DNA from: a virus
IMG/VR virus record: IMGVR_UViG_3300025138_000025
Location: 1 to 64,000 of that record
Length of the DNA: 64,000 nucleotides
Direction: 5' to 3' (one strand)
Part shown: piece after piece, positions 1 through 9,068 of the stretch
Layout of the letters: each line of letters begins with the position of its first letter
Numbering within the stretch: the first letter of the stretch is position 1
Notes under the pieces: model-generated
Databases searched by the model: none
What the model saw: the letters and a program-made list of their open reading frames with translations, nothing else
Told to the model about the DNA's origin: nothing
Position numbers and translations under genes: made by a program

Positions 1-68
1 TCGTCATCCTTCTCTCCTCGAAGGCCTTCTGCGTCTTTGTATTCATTTACTGTTATTAAGTCTGCCAT
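1..68 (-). CDS. Head completion protein, 5' fragment (runs off the window)
   Basis: ATG at 68 reads MADLITVNEYKDAEGLRGEKDDD; lies directly downstream of the capsid gene, as T5 p144 does. Confidence 0.55.
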   Translation of the reverse strand, partial: MADLITVNEYKDAEGLRGEKDD

Positions 69-72
69 AGTT

Positions 73-103
73 AAAAAGTGTGGGGTTTTAGGTAAACCCC
101 ACA
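73..103 (-). terminator. Intrinsic terminator after the major capsid gene
   Basis: Hairpin TGTGGGGTTT/AAACCCCACA with an A-run at 73-77 (U-tract on the minus strand). Confidence 0.7.
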
Positions 104-120
104 AAAACCGTAATTAGCTA

Positions 121-2169
121 TTAACTAGCTTTGTACTGTAGTACGTGACAAGAAGTTGACGCATCAATTAGATCCGTAAATCCTAATCTTTGAGAAGCCA
201 CTAGGACTCTTCTTTGATTAGCTACTTCATAATCGGACTCAATGGTTACACCTCTAAGTCTCGGTAATACGAAGTTTCTTGGGTTTACTGCAAGAGCGTG
301 CATTTTACCTGTTGCCGGAGCAGCAAATTCATCACACATTAATACTCTTGAACCAAATACAGTTCCAATTTCACCAGTAAGCTTAGTTGCCTGATTACCA
401 ACTAGGTTAGCATCTTGGAACTCAGCATCTTCTAGTAATTCGTAGTAGCCTCTTTGAGAGACAACATATACTACGTCTGAAGGATTGATACCATATTTAC
501 CCATGTTCTTTCTAGCACCTAACAACTGTGCTGCTGTTAGTTTATCAGTAGCAAAAGCTGTAGCTGATTGGGTCTTGTTAGCCCCAGCCATTGTGATTAG
601 CCCTTCAAAAGCTGCACCGCCAGTACCAAAAGCACCGTCTGCGTGATTACCAGCTAAGATAGCGTTTTCCATTGCTCTAGCATGAGATCTTACCATTGAT
701 TCTCTAATTAAAGGAAGAATCGGTAGGATAGCATCTTCTTCAGTTTCATTACCTAAGTATGATTGTGAAATTAATTTTTTAGTTGAAAGTGTTCTCTCAG
801 TTAAGTCGACACCTGCTCCATTAGCTGGATCATATGCATCGCCTCGTGGGTCTAAGTTACCTTTCGGTGCGCTTCCAGAAGCTACTTGGTTAGCTGTAAA
901 TTCAGCATAGCCGCTATCTGGCATGATTGGGATAATCATATTAGCAGAGTTCATTGGGATTTCTCTAAATAGAGGAGCCAATACTAACTCATTTTGAATA
1001 TCTCTTTCAATGTTAGTTGAAACAATTTGCTCAAAATCAGCTGATGATACTTCAACACCTGACATTACATTAACTTTTTCCATTAATGCTTTTGCATGAT
1101 TGTTATTCCAACCTTTTCCTGTAGCAAGACCTGCGAATTTAGCGTCGATTACATCTTCTTTAAATTCTGTTTTCCAGTCTGTGCTGCCTGTTCTATCACC
1201 GAAGTGTCTTTTTGACTCACGAATATTCATGATTTCTGATGATTTCTCAACTAGTTGGGCTTCGAGTTCTTTAACTACTTTGCTAAGATCTTCTTGCTTT
1301 TCGTTTACTCTTTTCTCAACATCTGAGATAAGCCTTTCGGCTCCTGTTAATCCTGCTTGGATTACAGATTTTTGTTCTTCCTGTTTAGCTTCTTGAACAG
1401 CTTTTTCAGTAACTTCAACTTCTGCTTGCTTTTCAGCCTGCTCAGTTAATGTTTTTTCTTCAGCTGCTTTAGCTTCTGCTTGTTTCATAGCAATTGTAGT
1501 TGCAGTTTTTTCTGCTACTTCTTTTGCGAATGACTCAAGGTCAAAGCCCGCTTCAGGAGTCTTCTTTTCTTCTGACATTTTAGTCTCCATGTTATGGGAT
1601 TGCTCCCCGCTTGGCTGCTCAATTTTAACAGCGTCTGCTGCTGCACCTGAGTTAGCCTTAATAAATTGGTTTTGGAATTTTTTATAGTCTTCCATATTAT
1701 CGAATGATTTTGCTAAAGAGAACGTTGCTCCCTGGTTGCAAGGCACTGATACTACAGAAACTTCAAAAAGTTCCGCGTCCTTTATCTTATATCCATCGGT
1801 TTCAGTCATATAATCAGCGTCCTTGACTTTGAAACCAACAGAAAAAGCTCCAAGTACGCCATCTTTAATTAAATTCTTTATTTCAGCATTGGCATTAGAT
1901 ATCTTTGCAGTTATATCTAAGCCTTTATCGGTTACTGCTAAATCAGTAGCACGTCCTATAGGTTTATTATAGTCGTGATTAAACAAGATTATTGGATTAC
2001 CTTTAAAGTTCTCCAGTCCGCCTGATTTTGTCCATGCTTGTGCTTCAATTATGTCGCCTGCACGATCTAAATCGATTGTACTTGCGGAACCTTTAATTTG
2101 TAAGCAACCGTCGTCGTCTTCTCCTAAAGATTTAAGAGTGGACGCCCAATGAAAAATTTTATCCGACAT
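121..2169 (-). CDS. HK97-type prohead protease fused in frame to the major capsid protein
   Basis: N-terminal protease motifs (ILFNHD, AFSVGF, LFEVSVVSVPCN), a coiled-coil delta domain, and an HK97-fold capsid C-terminus resembling T5 pb8. Confidence 0.93.
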   Translation of the reverse strand: MSDKIFHWASTLKSLGEDDDGCLQIKGSASTIDLDRAGDIIEAQAWTKSGGLENFKGNPIILFNHDYNKPIGRATDLAVTDKGLDITAKISNANAEIKNLIKDGVLGAFSVGFKVKDADYMTETDGYKIKDAELFEVSVVSVPCNQGATFSLAKSFDNMEDYKKFQNQFIKANSGAAADAVKIEQPSGEQSHNMETKMSEEKKTPEAGFDLESFAKEVAEKTATTIAMKQAEAKAAEEKTLTEQAEKQAEVEVTEKAVQEAKQEEQKSVIQAGLTGAERLISDVEKRVNEKQEDLSKVVKELEAQLVEKSSEIMNIRESKRHFGDRTGSTDWKTEFKEDVIDAKFAGLATGKGWNNNHAKALMEKVNVMSGVEVSSADFEQIVSTNIERDIQNELVLAPLFREIPMNSANMIIPIMPDSGYAEFTANQVASGSAPKGNLDPRGDAYDPANGAGVDLTERTLSTKKLISQSYLGNETEEDAILPILPLIRESMVRSHARAMENAILAGNHADGAFGTGGAAFEGLITMAGANKTQSATAFATDKLTAAQLLGARKNMGKYGINPSDVVYVVSQRGYYELLEDAEFQDANLVGNQATKLTGEIGTVFGSRVLMCDEFAAPATGKMHALAVNPRNFVLPRLRGVTIESDYEVANQRRVLVASQRLGFTDLIDASTSCHVLQYKAS

Positions 2170-2423
2170 TATTTCTCTCCTTTCTTAGTAGCTTTAGGTT
2201 TAGGTGCTGTTACTTCCTCTACCTTTGGTGCTACTACTTGGACAGGATAACGTTTGTTCATCATAGAAATAACTCTAGCCCAAGAACCCCATGCTCTTCT
2301 AAGCATAAAGTCTTTAACTGGAACATCACTTCCATGTGATTTGTAATCGGGCAAGCTCATAGTTTCAACGCCTTTGCTGGCGCAGAAGTCTGAAAGAGCT
2401 TTTACCATCATATCTTTTGTCAT
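2169..2423 (-). CDS. Hypothetical head-module protein
   Basis: Translationally coupled ORF between portal and protease. Confidence 0.6.
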   Translation of the reverse strand: MTKDMMVKALSDFCASKGVETMSLPDYKSHGSDVPVKDFMLRRAWGSWARVISMMNKRYPVQVVAPKVEEVTAPKPKATKKGEK

Positions 2424-2425
2424 AT

Positions 2426-3631
2426 TTAGTCCTCTGTGTCTTCGGGCGGTCTCCCGCCTTCTGCTGGATTGCTTGCGGAGCCTGCAATATTTGCAGGAAC
2501 TCTCGGTGTATCGAATCCGTTGATCTTCTCAAGTCGTAAGGCCTCCCTTGCTTCGTTCGGTGTTAATATACCAGTGTTCACAAGTGTAGCGTAATACGCC
2601 GCTTGGTCTTTTAACTCTGGTTGAAGTGCAGGAATTCCTGACACTTCTTCGTCCAGTTTAAAGCCGAAGAATCTCTCGAAAGCATATGCTATTTTATTAG
2701 TAATAGGCAGTATGGTTTCTAAATAATAAAGACGGTGATTAGGGCGAATGTTCGCATTATTCCCGCCATCCATTAAAATTGGTGGTATTCCTATAGCTTC
2801 TAAGATAATTTTCTCATTAGCTTTAATACCGTCTTGGAAGTCTAAATCTTTGAAGTTTACTTCAGTTAGATTCTCAACTTCTAATCCACCATCTAAAAAT
2901 AGTGGACGTCTGCCTCCAGACTGTGGATTGTATCTTGCAACCCAAGCTGATAACATTCTTTCTTTGATTTTCTCAGAAAGAGTGTTTGGCGATTTTAGTA
3001 CTAGTCCTGGTACTGCTCCATTTTTGAAGAAGTTATCCTGGAAGTTTCTCATGCTAGACAATAATTGCATTGTTCTAAATGCAGGTTTAAGTCTAGGTAC
3101 TCCTCTATAAATAGAGTTAAAACTGTTTTCTTTTATGTGGATAATCTCACTTGGACTATAGTCTATACTGTGGTCATATGTATATTTTTCTACATAAGTA
3201 TTATCATCAGTATGAATAACCATGTGGTCTGCTGGAAGATGGTACAGATGAGCACCATCAAAATATATAAAGATATTACCATCTATCATTAAATCAATTA
3301 TTAAGTTTCTTTTAAAAGCACTTACATCTTGAAATGGGTTTGGTTGTACATTTAGTAGAACATTGACTTTTGACCGTCTTATTCCTTTATATGCACTATC
3401 TAATCCTGTTACTTGCTCACCTACATCAAAAGGTATTTCCGCAGCGTCATCCACTATCATGTTGACTGCTCGGTTTACTACTTCTAATTGTTCGTAAGCA
3501 TTACGGTAATTGGTAATGTTCTCTCTAGAAAGTACTTCTAGACCTTGATCTCTTGAGATGACAAATTGAGACGGATTGAGTTTTTCCTCAACGTCTTTAT
3601 TGTTACCTGTTATAAAATCATACCATGCCAT
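2426..3631 (-). CDS. Portal protein, HK97 family (T5 pb7-like)
   Basis: FFKNGAVPGLVL, IIHIKENS..YRGVPRL and LTPNEARE motifs. Confidence 0.95.
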   Translation of the reverse strand: MAWYDFITGNNKDVEEKLNPSQFVISRDQGLEVLSRENITNYRNAYEQLEVVNRAVNMIVDDAAEIPFDVGEQVTGLDSAYKGIRRSKVNVLLNVQPNPFQDVSAFKRNLIIDLMIDGNIFIYFDGAHLYHLPADHMVIHTDDNTYVEKYTYDHSIDYSPSEIIHIKENSFNSIYRGVPRLKPAFRTMQLLSSMRNFQDNFFKNGAVPGLVLKSPNTLSEKIKERMLSAWVARYNPQSGGRRPLFLDGGLEVENLTEVNFKDLDFQDGIKANEKIILEAIGIPPILMDGGNNANIRPNHRLYYLETILPITNKIAYAFERFFGFKLDEEVSGIPALQPELKDQAAYYATLVNTGILTPNEAREALRLEKINGFDTPRVPANIAGSASNPAEGGRPPEDTED

Positions 3632-3989
3632 GTTTGTTTCTCTGTATCTCTACCCAATGTTGTTGTTTTTTTGCTGTTATTAGTGTTGGGCGTTTCCCAT
3701 AGATACCATGTAATCGTAAATGGTGGCTATGACATAGTGTAACAGCATGGTCATAAAGTTTCTCGTGTTCTTCTTCGATAAATTGCTCTCGAACACCTAA
3801 AATTTCGTCTTCTGAAGTTATGGTTATCTTATTTTTCTTTAACCATACTTCTAATAACTCGGTTAGACCATAAAAGTGATGAAAGTCTAAGTTCTCTTGA
3901 CTGCCGCAAATATAACATTCCGTTCCTTTATTATATTTAGACTTGGCTTTGTCCCGAACATACTTTACTAAATCTCTTTTTAAAGTCAT
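3618..3989 (-). CDS. HNH nicking endonuclease (T5-like)
   Basis: CYICG..LDFHH..TLCHSHH; lies between terL and portal as in T5. Confidence 0.85.
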   Translation of the reverse strand: MTLKRDLVKYVRDKAKSKYNKGTECYICGSQENLDFHHFYGLTELLEVWLKKNKITITSEDEILGVREQFIEEEHEKLYDHAVTLCHSHHLRLHGIYGKRPTLITAKKQQHWVEIQRNKHGMV

Positions 3990-4009
3990 AAACCTACTTC
4001 TATATTAGA

Positions 4010-4038
4010 ATTGTACCAAATATTCGAGCATATGTCAA
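4010..4038 (-). promoter_or_regulatory. Sigma70-type promoter TTGACA-17-TACAAT
   Basis: Consensus hexamers preceded by the phage-wide AAAAATAGTTC element. Confidence 0.8.
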
Positions 4039-4061
4039 GAACTATTTTTTGGTGGGGTATA

Positions 4062-5360
4062 TTAGAATGATGTAACACTTGTCTCGAACGAATATAGAGC
4101 GTAGCGCAAGGCGTCTGCCATGTGACACGCGTAATTATGTTTGGGTTTTTCTCTTAATAAATTAGGATTTGGATCCCACTGATACTGGTCTAGACTTATC
4201 AAAGACTCTTCGCATCTCTGGTGCACTGTTAGTTTATCATTATCAATAATACCTCCTACATGTCCAATACCATCAAGTACAGATTTCTTGGCGTTAATAG
4301 TAGTAATATCGTAATTTTGTGCAAAGTCAAATCTTGTTTGCTGAGCTGCTGAATCAATATAAATATAATCTATATTCCACTTCTCAACGAGCTTGCCTAT
4401 TTCTATAGCGTGTTGTTCAGTAGTTCTCTCTGAATCAAAGTACTCATCTAATAGATAATATCTATCTGCATCCCAATCGTATGCCATAACACAGAAAGCT
4501 GTAGGATCTCTGTAACCTACGTCCATTCCTGCGAATACATCCATTCCATTTAAATCTATTTCTGATAAGTCTGCAACACATTTCTCGTGGTCAAATGCCC
4601 ATACCTGGCCTTCAAAGACATTGAAGTCTGCCATGTATTCTTGATTAAATTCAGACTCAGACATAGTTTTCCTAGCTTCCTCGATGTCTGTATCAGATAT
4701 TCGTGGATTTTCATGATAGGTAGCTTTTACAGAACACCATTCTGGAAACTCATCACTGAATCCTCTATGCCAGAACTCTGCAAACCAATTATTCCTACCC
4801 CTTGGAGTAGATATAAAGATTGCTTTAGAATTTTCTTTATCTAGTGTAGGTCTTAGTGCTACATTGAAGGCATCTCTACCATCCACAAGTGCGGCCTCAT
4901 CAAAGATAATTAAATCGTAACTTCTACCAACTACAGAGTCAACCTGATTGACAGAACCCATACGGATTGTAGAACCATTGGTAAGTTCTATAACTTTATC
5001 CTTAGCATTATCTCTAGTAACTTCTAAATCGAAATGTTTGATTAAACTTCTTTGAAGTTCAAAAGAAATTTGGGATAGTGAGTAGTTGGGTGACATAAGT
5101 AATACATTAGCTCCTGGAACTAAAGTGATTAATTGTCCTATAATATTTGCAATATAAGTTTTGCCCTGCCTCCTAGAAACGGCTGCAGTAACGAAACGAT
5201 ATTTTGGGTTGTTGATTGCGTTTATAATGGCGTGTTGAGAAGTATTAGGAGTTATTCCTAACAAATCCATATAGCCGTCGATTGGTAGCTTAATGAATCT
5301 GTTATCACTAAACTTCATTAAGCCATCTGATAAGATGTCTGTTCTACTTACTTGTATCAA
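4062..5360 (-). CDS. terL: Terminase large subunit
   Basis: SRRQGKT Walker A, IIFDEAA Walker B, ISTPRG, C-terminal nuclease GMDVG and HMADALRY. Confidence 0.96.
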   Translation of the reverse strand: MIQVSRTDILSDGLMKFSDNRFIKLPIDGYMDLLGITPNTSQHAIINAINNPKYRFVTAAVSRRQGKTYIANIIGQLITLVPGANVLLMSPNYSLSQISFELQRSLIKHFDLEVTRDNAKDKVIELTNGSTIRMGSVNQVDSVVGRSYDLIIFDEAALVDGRDAFNVALRPTLDKENSKAIFISTPRGRNNWFAEFWHRGFSDEFPEWCSVKATYHENPRISDTDIEEARKTMSESEFNQEYMADFNVFEGQVWAFDHEKCVADLSEIDLNGMDVFAGMDVGYRDPTAFCVMAYDWDADRYYLLDEYFDSERTTEQHAIEIGKLVEKWNIDYIYIDSAAQQTRFDFAQNYDITTINAKKSVLDGIGHVGGIIDNDKLTVHQRCEESLISLDQYQWDPNPNLLREKPKHNYACHMADALRYALYSFETSVTSF

Positions 5361-5584
5361 TGCAATATCTCGTCTTCAAATAAATTTTCTTCATCCTCTT
5401 CTAGTATTCCTAGAACGAGAGCCTTGTTATATAAGTATACATAAGCGGCAGAAAGATTCTTAAGGTTTTCCTCTGCTGGACTCAATGGTCTTTTCTTTTC
5501 AGTATTCATTAGTTGTTTCATAAATTTAGTACCATGTACTATTCCTTCATCCAACCATAATTTCTGCCCACTTACTTGTGTCAT
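5357..5584 (-). CDS. Hypothetical protein
   Basis: Overlap-coupled ORF in the late operon. Confidence 0.6.
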   Translation of the reverse strand: MTQVSGQKLWLDEGIVHGTKFMKQLMNTEKKRPLSPAEENLKNLSAAYVYLYNKALVLGILEEDEENLFEDEILH

Positions 5585-5823
5585 CTCTTTCTTCCTTTGT
5601 GTAGCCCGTGGCTAGCGTGTTGTTTTCCTTTCTTACTAGCAGCTCTCTTCTTTCGATTTGCTGCCGCTAGTTTCTTCTTACCTGCTGCGGTAGATTTTAG
5701 TTTAGCTATAGTTTTTGAAGGAGCATATACTTCTCCAGTCTTAGATGACTTCTTGCCACTAGCGGTTCTCCACTTCTGTTTAGTCCACTTTTTTAAGGAC
5801 TTCTGTGACTTCTTTAAAGCCAT
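5581..5823 (-). CDS. Small Lys/Arg-rich protein
   Basis: Very basic, SQKSLKKWTKQKWRT; coupled to neighbours. Confidence 0.75.
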   Translation of the reverse strand: MALKKSQKSLKKWTKQKWRTASGKKSSKTGEVYAPSKTIAKLKSTAAGKKKLAAANRKKRAASKKGKQHASHGLHKGRKR

Positions 5824-5996
5824 TACTTTCTACCTTTAGCTTTTACTTTTGCTGTCTTGCTTAGATCTTTAAAGTGAAAAAGCCTTACACTTGTTTTAGT
5901 ATGAGATTTGTTTGTATGTAACTCTCCATTAGGCATCTTATGAGAAGTGCCTTTATGTTCTGTTCCATCTTTTTTATAGTGTTTTACGCCTTTCAT
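5823..5996 (-). CDS. Small basic His/Lys-rich protein (57 aa, not in the ORF track)
   Basis: MKGVKHYKKDGTEHKGTSHKMPNGELHT...; TAATG overlaps on both sides. Confidence 0.75.
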   Translation of the reverse strand: MKGVKHYKKDGTEHKGTSHKMPNGELHTNKSHTKTSVRLFHFKDLSKTAKVKAKGRK

Positions 5997-6196
5997 TACT
6001 TTCTATATCCTCCGCCAGCCTTTTTGTAAGCTGATGCTAACATCTGGGCTTTTCTTGCAGACCACTGGCCTGGGCCTCCACCTTTGCTACCTGCTTTTAT
6101 CCTGTTGAAAAGGTTTTTACGCATAGTGGGTTTAGTGTAGTTTCCTGCTGCATTTACTGTTGACTTTTTCTTTTTAGTCGTAGCTTTTCTAGGCAT
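5996..6196 (-). CDS. Small basic protein (DUF5872-like)
   Basis: NYTKPTMRK..KAGSKGG.PGQWSARKAQMLA..YKKAGGGY. Confidence 0.75.
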   Translation of the reverse strand: MPRKATTKKKKSTVNAAGNYTKPTMRKNLFNRIKAGSKGGGPGQWSARKAQMLASAYKKAGGGYRK

Positions 6197-6345
6197 TACT
6201 TCTTTTTCTTTTTCATCATAGCCATCTGAAGTGCTTTAGGTAACTTCTTCTGTGCTGCTGTTAACCCACCACCTGATTTCTTCTTACCAGCTTTCTTTGC
6301 AGGCTTCTTCTTCGTAGGTTTTTTCTTTCCATACATTCCTTTCAT
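6196..6345 (-). CDS. Small Lys-rich protein
   Basis: Start reassigned to MKGMYGKKK after an AAGGAG Shine-Dalgarno. Confidence 0.7.
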   Translation of the reverse strand: MKGMYGKKKPTKKKPAKKAGKKKSGGGLTAAQKKLPKALQMAMMKKKKK

Positions 6346-6355
6346 AGTTTTCTCC

Positions 6356-6643
6356 TTACCATTTAACCTTGTCGGCCCAATAAGCGGCGGACATTTTACC
6401 ACGCGCAATGTTTTTTGCGTGTCTTGCTTTAAAACTTTTTCTTTTTGCTTTCATTCTGTCTGATTCACCAGCTTTTGGCGCACCAGCAGTACTAGCACCT
6501 TTCTGTCCAAAACGAATAGTCTTTATCTGACTACCACTTTTAGCCACCACAATGTGTGATTTGGTTTTGTGTCCAGGTGTTCTTTTAGGCTTGTTAAAAC
6601 CACTAACTCCAGCCCGTTTTAACCTGGGGTCCTTGGTTGCCAT
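6356..6643 (-). CDS. Small basic protein
   Basis: KSHIVVAK..IRFGQKG..RKSFKARH..SAAYWADKVKW, a type seen in marine phages. Confidence 0.75.
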   Translation of the reverse strand: MATKDPRLKRAGVSGFNKPKRTPGHKTKSHIVVAKSGSQIKTIRFGQKGASTAGAPKAGESDRMKAKRKSFKARHAKNIARGKMSAAYWADKVKW

Positions 6644-6903
6644 TAATCTACGTGAACTGGCGTACCGAACACGGTAGCTGCTGCTGCAAATATTTGATCC
6701 GTTGTTTCTTTATATACTATTTCAGTACCAAATGCAGATACTTTAATGCTTCCCAATGTTACATCGGCAGCGTTTGCTATTGTCACGACTTGAACTGTAG
6801 CGGTATTGTTAAAAATTCTAACGTAATTAGAATTTAAAAATGTGGAGGCTGCCCCTACGGTAGTACCGCAAGCTGCTTCTGCTCCTAATAGTCTCATTTT
6901 CAT
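6643..6903 (-). CDS. Hypothetical beta-rich protein
   Basis: Coupled ORF with AGAGGA SD. Confidence 0.6.
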   Translation of the reverse strand: MKMRLLGAEAACGTTVGAASTFLNSNYVRIFNNTATVQVVTIANAADVTLGSIKVSAFGTEIVYKETTDQIFAAAATVFGTPVHVD

Positions 6904-6907
6904 GATT

Positions 6908-7090
6908 TTATCCTCTGTTTAACAATTTATCTAATTGTTTTTCTCGAAAGTTACATTTTTTCATAGTTGTGTAATCTTTCAACTTGTGTAATTTCTCTAG
7001 TCTTGCCCTATGTTGCATAATCAATATTGCTACAGATTTCTCAATCTTCTGCATTTGACTTGGTAACTCGAACTTTTCGTACAAATCCAT
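6908..7090 (-). CDS. Hypothetical protein
   Basis: AAGGAGG SD before MDLYEKF. Confidence 0.6.
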   Translation of the reverse strand: MDLYEKFELPSQMQKIEKSVAILIMQHRARLEKLHKLKDYTTMKKCNFREKQLDKLLNRG

Positions 7091-7142
7091 AGGCCTCCTT
7101 AAAGGTGAAAACAAGCCCCTCTACGGGGCTCATTGTAATAGT

Positions 7143-7319
7143 TTACTTGTCCTTCGCTCGGCCTACGTTTAACGCACACCAATCGATAACTGTGTAAATC
7201 TTTTTTAACCAACCGTTGTCTACTGGTGTAGGCGTTAAAGCTGCAATCAGTGATGCACCTAATACGATTGTTGGAATTACTGAAATTAATTTAGTAATCC
7301 ATACTAGAAGATCTATCAT
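7143..7319 (-). CDS. Small membrane protein, holin-like (58 aa, not in the ORF track)
   Basis: MIDLLVWITKLISVIPTIVLGASLIAALTPTPVDNGW..ALNVGRAKDK with GGGGAG SD; followed by a terminator-like hairpin at 7108-7130. Confidence 0.6.
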   Translation of the reverse strand: MIDLLVWITKLISVIPTIVLGASLIAALTPTPVDNGWLKKIYTVIDWCALNVGRAKDK

Positions 7320-7354
7320 ATCTCTCCCCTTATCTGTCCTTTCGGACGCTTAGC

Positions 7355-7837
7355 TTAAACCCAGACTAATTCTGTGCCTGTGAGTATGCTCCCATTGAAC
7401 CATGGTAGGCGATTTTCATTCATATTGCCAAACCCCATAATTCTAACTGCGGTTACGGTTGTTCCATCTGATACCATTCTATATAACATATTGGTATCTT
7501 TAGTAACGAGATATAAGCCACCGAAGGCTCCACTAGTATTATTAAATTTTCTTGTTTCTGTTAAATTTTTAGTGACTACGGTATTTACAAAGGAGTTTAT
7601 TCCATATGTAAAACTGTTGTCTATACCTGCATATGAACCTTCTCCGACTAGGGAGAACGATTCATTACTGGCGTCTACTGTTATTGTGGATTCATTGGCA
7701 TATATTACGAAGCTTGTAATAGCAGCTCCCGTTGGATTAGGAAAGTTCTGCTTTAGTGTGGTTTCTGTAACCATCTTTACCCCATGACCTAAAGAGGCCC
7801 TATAGTGAGTTTTTGCTTCTGCCATTGTTCTATTCAT
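7355..7837 (-). CDS. Hypothetical protein
   Basis: 160-aa ORF in operon orientation. Confidence 0.6.
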   Translation of the reverse strand: MNRTMAEAKTHYRASLGHGVKMVTETTLKQNFPNPTGAAITSFVIYANESTITVDASNESFSLVGEGSYAGIDNSFTYGINSFVNTVVTKNLTETRKFNNTSGAFGGLYLVTKDTNMLYRMVSDGTTVTAVRIMGFGNMNENRLPWFNGSILTGTELVWV

Positions 7838-7970
7838 TGTGTGCGTTACTAGGCTTATAGTTGTACTTGTGAGCTTTCTTTTTTGCTCTAATCATATCAT
7901 CTTTTATATCTACTTTGCCGTCCCCATTTAGGTCTTTGCCAGTAAGTATATTCCATAATTTTTTAATCAT
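7830..7970 (-). CDS. Small protein with an EF-hand/dockerin-like Ca-binding loop
   Basis: DLNGDGKVDIKD motif. Confidence 0.55.
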   Translation of the reverse strand: MIKKLWNILTGKDLNGDGKVDIKDDMIRAKKKAHKYNYKPSNAHNE

Positions 7971-8113
7971 ATTAACCATACAAATATAGAAGTAAGTAAT
8001 ACTCCTTCTCCAAAGGATATCCACATCATTGTATAGTCATCTAGTCCAAGTTTCTCTTGCCAGCCTACTATCCAGTCTCTGTGCCATCCCATAATAATTT
8101 CTAATTTTTCCAT
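7967..8113 (-). CDS. Small membrane protein
   Basis: LGLDDYTMMWISFGEGVLL hydrophobic C-terminus. Confidence 0.55.
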   Translation of the reverse strand: MEKLEIIMGWHRDWIVGWQEKLGLDDYTMMWISFGEGVLLTSIFVWLI

Positions 8114-8237
8114 AATAATATCCCAAAAGGGGAAGAGTCGGGACCTATGAGTTATTTCCGTGTCATGAAATGTATTCATGCATTTACGCTTAGTATTAGG
8201 TCACCGCTCTTCAAAAACTTTGAGAATCACCTCCAGT

Positions 8238-8393
8238 TTATGTCCATTTACCGACTGGACACTCTGCCCGTTTTATTCTAGTCTTCAGGGGCATAAAACA
8301 TTTGCACACTTTACAGCTTCTCCATCGTTTATCGAACTCTGGACACTTCTTGCAGATTTTTAATCTATCTGCATGGTGCAGTTTGTTGTTCAC
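8238..8393 (-). CDS. Small Cys-rich protein, DUF6171-like (51 aa, not in the ORF track)
   Basis: RLKICKKCPEF..CKVCKCFMPLKT..AECPVGKW; GTG start overlapping the upstream stop. Confidence 0.7.
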   Translation of the reverse strand: MNNKLHHADRLKICKKCPEFDKRWRSCKVCKCFMPLKTRIKRAECPVGKWT

Positions 8394-8578
8394 TTCAAAG
8401 ATTGAGGCAAATGATTCTTTCTTTGTCGTTGCAAGGTTTTCTTGCGTGCTAGTAGTCTTTTGATTCTACTTGCCATGGCAGGTACTTCTTCTGTTACGAC
8501 TTCTCCTGTATTATCTTCGAAACCTTTAACTGCTTTAGCTAATGCTTCTTCCATAGTACTTGTTTTGTTTTTAGCCAT
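8390..8578 (-). CDS. Hypothetical protein
   Basis: Coupled ORF. Confidence 0.55.
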   Translation of the reverse strand: MAKNKTSTMEEALAKAVKGFEDNTGEVVTEEVPAMASRIKRLLARKKTLQRQRKNHLPQSLK

Positions 8579-8750
8579 TAATGTAATCCCATGCCTCTTC
8601 TTCTGTTGCATAAATTGTTAGTGTGTTTTCGCTATCTCTAACTTTCCAAACCCCTCTGATTAAGTTTAACTGCCAGCCTTCTGGTAGTGTATTTCCGCTT
8701 TTCTTCTTTGGTGATTTAGTTAAATCTTTTTTCATGTATTCTGTGTCCAT
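8571..8750 (-). CDS. Hypothetical protein
   Basis: AGGAG SD before MDTEY. Confidence 0.55.
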   Translation of the reverse strand: MDTEYMKKDLTKSPKKKSGNTLPEGWQLNLIRGVWKVRDSENTLTIYATEEEAWDYING

Positions 8751-8758
8751 TGTTTCTC

Positions 8759-8989
8759 CTAGTGCATAGTTATCATTGTAACTACCACTCCTGATAAGGT
8801 TACGAGTAGAAAGCCTGCGCATCCTAATAGGATAGATTCTATTCTAGTAGTCTTCTCATCGATTCTATTAAATCTAGTATCAGACGCCTCTTCAATATCT
8901 GCTATCTTATTAAAAATTGTTTTCCAACGCTCAGCGCATATAGCTTCGTGTTTCTCTAACGCTGCTGCTACTGCTTCTACTGAGTCCAT
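8759..8989 (-). CDS. XhlA-like coiled-coil membrane protein
   Basis: HEAICAERW coiled coil plus a C-terminal TM helix. Confidence 0.6.
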   Translation of the reverse strand: MDSVEAVAAALEKHEAICAERWKTIFNKIADIEEASDTRFNRIDEKTTRIESILLGCAGFLLVTLSGVVVTMITMH

Positions 8990-9036
8990 GCTTTCCCCTT
9001 TTAATCTTTGTGGAAATATCCACATCTATAGTGAAA

Positions 9037-9065
9037 ATTATATCAAATTATCAGCTGCCTGTCAA
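9037..9065 (-). promoter_or_regulatory. Sigma70-type promoter TTGACA-17-TATAAT
   Basis: Perfect consensus hexamers. Confidence 0.85.
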
Positions 9066-9068
9066 GTA

